Below are positions 1 to 6,497 of a stretch of DNA of 64,000 bases, one piece after another. Position 1 is the first letter of the stretch; each line of letters starts with the position of its first letter. The DNA lies in IMG/VR virus record IMGVR_UViG_3300049893_000899, positions 31,356 to 95,355 of that record. One strand, written 5' to 3'. The DNA is from a virus. A program made the translations under genes and the position numbers. The notes under the pieces are model-generated. The model was not told the DNA's origin, did no database searches, and saw only the letters and a list, made by a program, of their open reading frames with translations.

Positions 1-1
1 A

Positions 2-301
2 GGAGATCTTAGAGTTGTTTTACAGCAATTATGCTTCTCTTGTGGTTTATCTCCAGAAGTTTTAAATATGATTGACCTTGAGGTTAGTAGATCTAATCAG
101 TCAAAGTTGTTTAAGGATTCAGATGAAGTTCTTGAAGGAAAATTAACTTACGAGAAAGAAGGGGTAGGTTGCTTTGTTGAACAGACTTCTGACAATTCTT
201 TTGTGTTAAAGAGAAATTCAGACAACAAAGTTTTAAAGAATAAAGCTAGTTTCTTTAAGCCTAGCTTTGATTTTTTAAGAACAATTATTAATTTTAAGTA
301 A
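2..301 (+). CDS. Hypothetical protein, 5'-truncated by window edge
   Basis: The frame of ORF 68..301 is open back to position 2 (GDLRVVLQQLCFSCGLSPEVLNM...). Confidence 0.6.
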   Translation, partial: GDLRVVLQQLCFSCGLSPEVLNMIDLEVSRSNQSKLFKDSDEVLEGKLTYEKEGVGCFVEQTSDNSFVLKRNSDNKVLKNKASFFKPSFDFLRTIINFK

Positions 302-320
302 TTATTTAAACAAGATAGAT

Positions 321-491
321 ATGACATCACAAGAATTATTTGCAGAAATCAATGTTCTTTTTGAACAGCTTCAAAATGAAACAACTAAAAAGAGTAAAGC
401 ATCAAAACTTAGAGCAAGAACTAAGTCAGTACAACTAAGCAAGATGCTTAAAGAATTTAGAGCTTTATCTCGCAAAGAAAGTAAACAATAA
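321..491 (+). CDS. Histone H1-like (Hc1-family) small basic DNA-binding protein, 56 aa; missed by the ORF track
   Basis: Translated by hand: MTSQELFAEINVLFEQLQNETTKKSKASKLRARTKSVQLSKMLKEFRALSRKESKQ. The KA..RAR..S..L.K.LKEFR..S pattern resembles Bacteroidota Hc1 proteins. A terminator follows. Confidence 0.75.
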   Translation: MTSQELFAEINVLFEQLQNETTKKSKASKLRARTKSVQLSKMLKEFRALSRKESKQ

Positions 492-497
492 AAAAAC

Positions 498-528
498 AAA
501 AAGGTTATCGAGAGGTAGCCTTTTTTTT
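498..528 (+). terminator. Rho-independent terminator
   Basis: AGGTTATC-GAGA-GGTAGCCT stem (two G-U pairs, GNRA loop) followed by a T run. Confidence 0.75.
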
Positions 529-539
529 ACTTATCAACT

Positions 540-1202
540 ATGAAACCAACAGAAAAATTATTAGGCTATTATTGGGCTGAAGAGCTCAACGATGTTTTAT
601 TGTCTGAAGAAATGAAGACAACATCAAGATATATCTCTGGAAGAAGAAACTTTGCAAGTGTACTTCCGGAACAACAAGAAGTATTCTCTTTATTCAAAAG
701 ACTTCAGCTAAAGAACATTAGAATTGTATTTATATCTGAAGCTCCAACAAGCACAAAGTCAGCAGCTTCAGGCATAGGATATGCTTCTTTAGATCCGTTT
801 GAAACATATCCTGAAAACAAAGCTTTAATCAATCATATTGAAAAGAACTTCAAAGATGGCATGTGGTTAACTCCAGATAGAGATTTAAAGGATTTAGTTG
901 CTAATGGAATATTCTTCTTAAACCAAGACTTAACTTGCGAAGAAGATAACAGAACGGCTCATAAAGGACTATGGGAATCCTTTACTTCATCTGTTTTGAA
1001 GCTTATTGCTAAAGAAGAAAGACCTATATGCTTTATCCTTTGGGGCCAATCAAATATAGAGTTCTTTGACAAAAATACTAAAGGGTTAGATTTGTCTATT
1101 CACAAAGTGTTTAAGAAAGAAGATATCAAAGAAGAGTCCACTTGCTTAAAAGAAGCTTGCGATTTTGTTGAGAGTTATTACAAACAAAAATTAATAGTAT
1201 AA
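540..1202 (+). CDS. Uracil-DNA glycosylase (family 1 UNG)-like protein with degenerate catalytic motifs
   Basis: IRIVFISEAP~VKVVILGQDP; GIFFLNQDLT~GVLLLNTVLT; AHKGLWESFT~SH..GWE.FT; FILWG~FLLWG. GQDPY and HPSP motifs are absent. Confidence 0.75.
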   Translation: MKPTEKLLGYYWAEELNDVLLSEEMKTTSRYISGRRNFASVLPEQQEVFSLFKRLQLKNIRIVFISEAPTSTKSAASGIGYASLDPFETYPENKALINHIEKNFKDGMWLTPDRDLKDLVANGIFFLNQDLTCEEDNRTAHKGLWESFTSSVLKLIAKEERPICFILWGQSNIEFFDKNTKGLDLSIHKVFKKEDIKEESTCLKEACDFVESYYKQKLIV

Positions 1203-1778
1203 ATGAGTAAGGAAAAGACTAAATTAGCAATGATACATCCATTTGATAGTAGTAAATCAATGACTGTACTTCATCTACTCCAATCTGAAATATGGTTGAA
1301 GCACATGATAGATCAGATTGAATATCAAACAAAAAAGTTTGGATGGAAGCAGAACAAAGAGTTCATGAACAAGACCAAGAACGCTTTGCAATCTATTAGG
1401 TTTTATAATCATTCAATCAGAGTTGACTACAATGATGATGAAATGTATGAGGTTACAGCAAAAGTGTCAGATCAAATCTGCAAAGTAGTAAACCTTTCAT
1501 CAGAAGACAGAGCTAAAGTTTATGAACTCATTGAAGAGCTTACAGGAACGCAAAGTAAGTTCACTACAGACCACACAGAACTAATCAAAGAGTATCTTGG
1601 AAAACTAGACGAAGCAAGAGTTAAGTATTCAAAGATAATAAAACAAGAATGCGTTGGAGCTGTTGTACTTGGAGGTGAGTTCCCTACTGTTGAAGATGCT
1701 ATCAATGCACATAACATATTAGCTAGGCTAAATGTTACATATCAGTATCCAGTTAATTTGATTAGTGAAATTAAATAA
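1203..1778 (+). CDS. Hypothetical protein
   Basis: 191-aa ORF abutting the upstream stop codon. Confidence 0.7.
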   Translation: MSKEKTKLAMIHPFDSSKSMTVLHLLQSEIWLKHMIDQIEYQTKKFGWKQNKEFMNKTKNALQSIRFYNHSIRVDYNDDEMYEVTAKVSDQICKVVNLSSEDRAKVYELIEELTGTQSKFTTDHTELIKEYLGKLDEARVKYSKIIKQECVGAVVLGGEFPTVEDAINAHNILARLNVTYQYPVNLISEIK

Positions 1779-1788
1779 GGCGGAAATT

Positions 1789-1995
1789 ATGAATTACCAA
1801 CAGCAATTAAATTCAATACACAGTTATCTTATGTATAAGAAATTCCCTTATCATAGTTTATCTGTGATACACAGACACCAAGATTTAGGTTTTCACGTTT
1901 TCTTTTCGGATGATGTAAAGGAAATGGTAACTGATGAAATTAAAGAGCATTTAGCTGCTTATGCGTTTCATTGGTCTTTCGTTAAAAGCAATTAA
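1789..1995 (+). CDS. Hypothetical protein
   Basis: ATG at 1789 preferred over the GTG at 1765, which overlaps the upstream gene. Confidence 0.6.
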   Translation: MNYQQQLNSIHSYLMYKKFPYHSLSVIHRHQDLGFHVFFSDDVKEMVTDEIKEHLAAYAFHWSFVKSN

Positions 1996-2013
1996 TATTT
2001 AAAACTATGGCAA

Positions 2014-2134
2014 GACTAACGGTTTGCAGATTGGCGTTGTTGCCACACAAATGTTTAATTGAAACACTAAATTTAATAATATGGAAAATGATAATTTGAA
2101 AACGGAAAGCAATAACGCCAATGTGCTGTTAGCT
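2014..2134. mobile_element. attC-like recombination site 1
   Basis: TAAC(2017)-GGTTT-GCAGATTGGCGTTGTTGC(2026-2043)...GCAATAACGCCAATGTGC(2109-2126)-T-GTTA(2128); arms 16/18 complementary. Confidence 0.7.
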
Positions 2135-2299
2135 GCTGTGCCTGATTGTAAAGATATGGATTACGATAAGGTAAGGGCTATCGGCAAGGAAAAGTATTGT
2201 ATAAAAGGAATAAGCTGTAATTTCTGCGACTTCATGGATAGAGATAGAGGTAAAATAAATAGTTGCGTTCAGGAGTATGTCAAAAGGCATTGCATCTAA
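2081..2299 (+). CDS. Cassette-borne hypothetical Cys-rich protein
   Basis: ATG lies in the loop of site 1; stop codon lies in the TAAC of site 2. Confidence 0.65.
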   Translation: MENDNLKTESNNANVLLAAVPDCKDMDYDKVRAIGKEKYCIKGISCNFCDFMDRDRGKINSCVQEYVKRHCI

Positions 2300-2424
2300 C
2301 GTTTTGCAGCTAACCGAAGTTGGCGATTACGAAGCACAAAAATTCAAATTAAATAAATGTTAAACCGAAGCACAACAGCTCATTTCAGCACTACACCGCC
2401 AATCTTGGTTAGGTGCTGTTATAT
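2294..2424. mobile_element. attC-like recombination site 2
   Basis: TAAC(2297)-GTTTT-GCAGCTAACCGAAGTTGGCG(2306-2325)...CGCCAATCTTGGTTAGGTGC(2397-2416)-T-GTTA(2418); arms 16/20 complementary. Confidence 0.7.
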
Positions 2425-2450
2425 GCTGTGCTTCTCAAATCTTAATTAAA

Positions 2451-2651
2451 ATGACAAAAGGAACTTTTCAAAAAACAGTAGAAAGTGCAGAATACGATTT
2501 TGTTCGTGATAAAGCACAAAGAGAAACGATTGAATTACTTGCTAAGACTTTGATTGAAGTTAGAAAGCACATGACCGCACACATTCCTGAAAAGGTATTT
2601 GATATGGTTGATGATGCACTTTCTAAGTCGGGTTTTCAGCATAGCATATAA
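2451..2651 (+). CDS. Cassette-borne hypothetical protein
   Basis: 66-aa ORF ending in TAAC; bounded by a 14/15-bp inverted repeat (2418-2432 / 2638-2652). Confidence 0.65.
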   Translation: MTKGTFQKTVESAEYDFVRDKAQRETIELLAKTLIEVRKHMTAHIPEKVFDMVDDALSKSGFQHSI

Positions 2652-2670
2652 CTACAATATATACGCAGTT
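2649..2670. repeat. Array-terminal (attI-like) module, copy 1
   Basis: TAACTACAATATATACGCAGTT; 21/22 identical to 5999-6020. Confidence 0.65.
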
Positions 2671-2692
2671 AAACAAATAAACAATTAAGAAA

Positions 2693-3139
2693 ATGAAAGA
2701 AAAAATAAAAGGCTTTTCCGACCCTAGGCTGGTCGGTAGAGAGGTGTATGTTAGGGATGTGAAGATGGTTATTAGTAAAATAAATGATAGCCACACAATG
2801 TGTATAAAAAAAGAGTACGGTATTAATCGTTCATTTCTTCATGATGGAAGGCATACTTCGATTGATTTACTACCTATTTTATCCTTCACACCATACACCG
2901 TAGAAATAAATGAAAACGGTCAAGTAACAATCAAAGGCTACTCGGATGAAATTGAATTAGAATCAGAGGACAAGCCGAAAGAGGGTGATTGTGGTTGGTT
3001 TTGGGATTCTGAATATTGTCGTTATTTTAGGTATGGTACGATTGCAAGAATAAGCTCTGCTTACTATATTGGTACTGCTCCTTACAAAAACTTCTCAAAA
3101 ACATGCCCTGAGTGGATTAAAGAAATTGTAAATAAGTAA
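2693..3139 (+). CDS. Hypothetical protein
   Basis: 148-aa ORF with A-rich leader. Confidence 0.7.
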   Translation: MKEKIKGFSDPRLVGREVYVRDVKMVISKINDSHTMCIKKEYGINRSFLHDGRHTSIDLLPILSFTPYTVEINENGQVTIKGYSDEIELESEDKPKEGDCGWFWDSEYCRYFRYGTIARISSAYYIGTAPYKNFSKTCPEWIKEIVNK

Positions 3140-3142
3140 AAT

Positions 3143-3415
3143 ATGGAAAAAATAAGCGTAAAAGATAATAAAGTTATTTTAACCGTAACGCCACAAGAAA
3201 CTAATAAGTTCTTAGAAAAGGGTACTATTATTTCATGGAATGAAAGTATTAATTTCCTCGAAAACTATAAATCTGATGAAATAGTAGATGTTGTTGATAG
3301 TAATAGTAAAATTGACTTAGAAGCATCTAAAATGCTAAAAAGAATATCTGAGCTAAATATAGAAAAAGAATTGTTAATTAATAAACTATTAGAAACATGC
3401 AAGGAAGAAAAATAA
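3143..3415 (+). CDS. Hypothetical protein
   Basis: 90-aa ORF in a tightly packed run. Confidence 0.6.
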   Translation: MEKISVKDNKVILTVTPQETNKFLEKGTIISWNESINFLENYKSDEIVDVVDSNSKIDLEASKMLKRISELNIEKELLINKLLETCKEEK

Positions 3416-3861
3416 AACACAAAGAAACTGGAGAGGTTTTTATATTCTTACAGTTTGAGGCTTCATCTAAGACTTTAGACGACAACAAACAAGTAGTATC
3501 ATTAGCTGTTATAGTAGAAGATAAAAACGGAAATATTTGTATTTTCTCAGCTAATGATGTGCAATTCGTAAAAGAAGAGCCTATCAAAACAGAAACAACA
3601 GGAATAGACATGATGAAGCATAAAGCGGAATCAATGCCGACCTTACAAAATAGCATTGAAGTGTGGGCGTGTATGGATAGAAGTGGATTTGTTAATATTG
3701 CAGCAAAAAAGAATTTCTATAAAAATAATGAAATTTGGAGCTCTCACGATGAGTTGTTTATGTCAACTAACATAGAAGACTTCATACAAGCATTCCAAGG
3801 CTTATCTTGGAACGATGAAGGACCTAAGAAGTTTAGAATTAGTGTAGAGCCTTTGGGGTAA
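3397..3861 (+). CDS. Hypothetical protein
   Basis: 154-aa ORF overlapping the upstream gene end. Confidence 0.65.
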   Translation: MQGRKIKHKETGEVFIFLQFEASSKTLDDNKQVVSLAVIVEDKNGNICIFSANDVQFVKEEPIKTETTGIDMMKHKAESMPTLQNSIEVWACMDRSGFVNIAAKKNFYKNNEIWSSHDELFMSTNIEDFIQAFQGLSWNDEGPKKFRISVEPLG

Positions 3862-3898
3862 CGAATAAAAGCCGTTTTATTATGGAAAAAACATCATT

Positions 3899-4093
3899 AT
3901 GTTGTTAAAATTATTAAAGAGATTATTCAAATCTAAAACAAAATCAAAAAAAGATTCTAAAACAAAATCAAAAGAAGATGTTTTTATTCTTAGAAAATAT
4001 TGTAGTGGTTGTGATTCTATTCAAGTGCATCACGATAGCCCTTTTGAAGAGCCATTTTGTTATAGATGTTATAATAGACAACATGGGTATTAA
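3899..4093 (+). CDS. Small basic protein with CxxC...CxxC (possible Zn ribbon)
   Basis: CSGC and CYRC motifs; internal 24-bp tandem duplication at 3932-3979. Confidence 0.55.
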   Translation: MLLKLLKRLFKSKTKSKKDSKTKSKEDVFILRKYCSGCDSIQVHHDSPFEEPFCYRCYNRQHGY

Positions 4094-4126
4094 AAAATAA
4101 AAGCCGTTTTACTTAGTAGGACGGTA

Positions 4127-4351
4127 ATGTTAAATTTAAAAGATAAGATTATGGACAACCTAAAATTGACGACACCATTTGTTCCACAGGAACAAAACAC
4201 TATCTTTATTATGCAAGATAATGGCACAAGAGAAATTCTAAAGCTTTGTGGAAACGGAGATATTTTCGTAAAAGGCAGATTAGCAGAAAATGACAAAGAA
4301 GTAGTTGATGCTTTAAGAGAGTTTCTCAAAGGGCAAGGCTTATTAAAATAG
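4127..4351 (+). CDS. Hypothetical protein
   Basis: 74-aa ORF between repeat copies. Confidence 0.65.
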   Translation: MLNLKDKIMDNLKLTTPFVPQEQNTIFIMQDNGTREILKLCGNGDIFVKGRLAENDKEVVDALREFLKGQGLLK

Positions 4352-4408
4352 CCGATAACAAATAAAAGCCGTTTTACTCGGTTTGTAGTAACTTTAAAAT
4401 GAAATAAA

Positions 4409-4684
4409 ATGAGCAACACAACATTAAATTTAAACAGCGTGGGTACAACTACAAGCGTCAGTCTTTGGTCAACACCTGAAAGAGTAGATGTAATTGAAAA
4501 CTCTGATAGTATCGAGTTCGTGTATAAAGAAACTTCAATGATTTCCTACACATCAATTCCAGCACCACCACCACAAGTAAGAGTTTTCAAAATCGTCTTT
4601 TCTTGTGTAGATGGCAAGTGGAATAAATCGGAAAGAATTTATGGTCAAATTGTTCCTGCTGAAAATGAACGATACGTTTTTTAG
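4409..4684 (+). CDS. Hypothetical protein
   Basis: 91-aa ORF between repeat copies, followed by a divergent attI-like module at 4694-4714. Confidence 0.7.
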   Translation: MSNTTLNLNSVGTTTSVSLWSTPERVDVIENSDSIEFVYKETSMISYTSIPAPPPQVRVFKIVFSCVDGKWNKSERIYGQIVPAENERYVF

Positions 4685-4751
4685 CATTGCCTATAACTAT
4701 CAGATATGTGCAACAAACAAATAAAAGCCGTCTTACTAAACGATTAAGAAA

Positions 4752-5243
4752 ATGGAAAAAGTATTAGAAAAATTCACTATTGATGATGTGGAGGTTGGTG
4801 ATGTTTTTCTTCATAAACACAATAAATCAAGATTTACTGTTTCAGAAAAACATAAAGATAAAGGTTATATTCTTTTAAAAAGTTATGGAGCACTTTGGGC
4901 TTTAAGTTTTTACTATTTCGATCTAATTAAAAAAAGTAATAAAACTGAAACACAAACAGAGGAACAATTAATAGAACAACAGCCAACCTCAATAAAATCC
5001 GTCTTATCAGGTATTGACAAGCTTCTAGAATACAAAGAAAGTAAGTATGGCAATGCACTAAACAACGATCGTTTAAAAGTGTTTTCTGGTAAATGCAAAT
5101 TTGGAGATATACTTGACGCAAAACTAAACAGAGTAGCCAACGGAGAAGAGCTACTAAAGAACGATGTTGTAGATATAGCAGGCTATCTAATCCTAACACT
5201 AAGAGAAAAAGGATGGGATGATTTTAGTGAGTTTATGGACTGA
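4752..5243 (+). CDS. Protein with C-terminal DUF1599/Nmad1-like (all-alpha nucleotide pyrophosphatase-like) domain
   Basis: LLEYKESKYGNA...DAKLNRV...DVVDIAGYLIL pattern. Confidence 0.6.
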   Translation: MEKVLEKFTIDDVEVGDVFLHKHNKSRFTVSEKHKDKGYILLKSYGALWALSFYYFDLIKKSNKTETQTEEQLIEQQPTSIKSVLSGIDKLLEYKESKYGNALNNDRLKVFSGKCKFGDILDAKLNRVANGEELLKNDVVDIAGYLILTLREKGWDDFSEFMD

Positions 5244-5639
5244 AAATAAGGCTTAAATTTATGAGATATGACTGAAAAAGAATTGTTAATTGAGTTGTGT
5301 AATAATCTTGAAAAAGAACTCAATCAAAGAGATGGAAAGAAAACGCATAAAGTACAATTACAAAGCGGATTAAAGCCTGAAAACTATTTCGTTCCAATGA
5401 TGAGCATAGGAATAACAAGAAAATCGTATAATGGTGTTAGTATGGCTTGGTTTGTTGAAGTGTGGGTTGATGGAAAATGTATATTCAGAGAATCACATGT
5501 GCCACACAAAACAGAAAAGCTTGAAATAGTTGAAGGATTTTTGATTAAAAGGGTTTTCAGACACATCTTCACATTTGGAGTTATGTCAAGTAAAAAAACC
5601 ATTGATGAACTTGTGTGAATTATGGACTGAAAATAAGGC
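5233..5639 (+). repeat. Perfect 20-bp direct repeat TTATGGACTGAAAATAAGGC flanking ORF 5268..5618
   Basis: Copies at 5233-5252 and 5620-5639. Confidence 0.9.
5268..5618 (+). CDS. Hypothetical protein (apparently inserted gene)
   Basis: 116-aa ORF between 20-bp direct repeats. Confidence 0.7.
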   Translation: MTEKELLIELCNNLEKELNQRDGKKTHKVQLQSGLKPENYFVPMMSIGITRKSYNGVSMAWFVEVWVDGKCIFRESHVPHKTEKLEIVEGFLIKRVFRHIFTFGVMSSKKTIDELV

Positions 5640-5641
5640 GG

Positions 5642-5774
5642 CAATAACGGTTTGAAGCTATGCTTAGTTGCGGACTTAAATAACAAAATTTTTAATTAAC
5701 AACAAAATATAATAAAATGGAAAAAGTATCAGATTACAACGGAACTCCGCAATTAGGCATAGCTGCAGTTAGCA
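5642..5774. mobile_element. attC-like recombination site 3
   Basis: TAAC(5645)-GGTTT-GAAGCTATGCTTAGTTGCGGA(5654-5674)...TCCGCAATTAGGCATAGCTGC(5746-5766)-A-GTTA(5768); arms 18/21 complementary. Confidence 0.7.
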
Positions 5775-6001
5775 GCCGTTTTAATTTCGGACAAGAGGTG
5801 TGGTTCTTAAATGGACGACACATTATGAATGGTAAGATAGAAGCTGTTAGAGGGCAGAAACATTGCCTATACGAACACACCGACATTGAATTGGAAGTTT
5901 ACCATACAAGCGGTGAAATAGGGTGTAAGTTTTGGGTAAAAGATGAAGATTGTTTTGAAAGCAGACAAGCGTTGATAGATGCGGTCTTAAATGGCTGCTA
6001 A
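5717..6001 (+). CDS. Cassette-borne hypothetical protein (possible SH3-like beta barrel)
   Basis: ATG in the loop of site 3; FNFGQEVWFL...GKIEAV; ends in GGCTGCTAAC, complementary to GTTAGCAGCC at 5768. Confidence 0.7.
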   Translation: MEKVSDYNGTPQLGIAAVSSRFNFGQEVWFLNGRHIMNGKIEAVRGQKHCLYEHTDIELEVYHTSGEIGCKFWVKDEDCFESRQALIDAVLNGC

Positions 6002-6020
6002 CTATAATATATACGCAGTT
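5999..6020. repeat. Array-terminal (attI-like) module, copy 2
   Basis: TAACTATAATATATACGCAGTT. Confidence 0.65.
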
Positions 6021-6070
6021 CAAACTAAATAAGGCGGCAATAACTGCCGTCTTACTAAAAATAAATTATC

Positions 6071-6457
6071 ATGAGCGAATTTAGAATAGATTACTTTGAA
6101 CTTATGTTCTTAGCAGAATCAGTATCACCAAAAGGACCTATTGCACGGTCAATGTGCTTTGATAGCTTCTCTGATAAGCACTACCACCACATGAATGAGG
6201 GACAACGATTGCAGTTCTTTAATTACGTGCAAAAGCAACCTTACTTTACACTAGAAGACGAGCAATGCAGGCACTTTTACGCAAGATTTAATCCACAGAA
6301 TCAATACAAAGTTTCTTGCTTCTACGATGGAAAGGCACAAACAGTAGATTGCTATAGATTTGAAGACGAGTATAGGGTATCTAGGAATAGATTTATAAAT
6401 AGTGACTACATTAAAAGTATCGTTAGGGTTTACGATGGAGTGGTTATCAAGCAATAA
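6071..6457 (+). CDS. Hypothetical protein
   Basis: 128-aa ORF between repeat copies; its stop codon lies inside the repeat. Confidence 0.7.
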   Translation: MSEFRIDYFELMFLAESVSPKGPIARSMCFDSFSDKHYHHMNEGQRLQFFNYVQKQPYFTLEDEQCRHFYARFNPQNQYKVSCFYDGKAQTVDCYRFEDEYRVSRNRFINSDYIKSIVRVYDGVVIKQ

Positions 6458-6497
6458 GGCGGCAATAATTGATGTCTTACTTAAATAATATTAATCT

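Larger units (their letters stand above)
3864..4737 (+). repeat. Four intergenic 18-bp direct repeats AATAAAAGCCGTYTTAYT, each separating one small gene
   Basis: Copies at 3864-3881, 4096-4113, 4361-4378 and 4720-4737; related copy AATAACTGCCGTCTTACT at 6039-6056. Confidence 0.9.
5631..6481 (+). repeat. Direct repeat AATAAGGCGGCAATAA(C), three copies, bracketing two genes
   Basis: Copies at 5631-5648, 6027-6044 and 6453-6468. The copy at 6027 extends into the hairpin TAAGGCGGCA-ATAAC-TGCCGTCTTA. Partial copy AAATAAGGCGG at 1773-1783. Confidence 0.9.

Noticed and set aside
3864-6481. CRISPR array
   Set aside because: Repeats are only 16-20 bp, the spacers are 210-410 bp whole ORFs of unequal length, and no cas genes are visible
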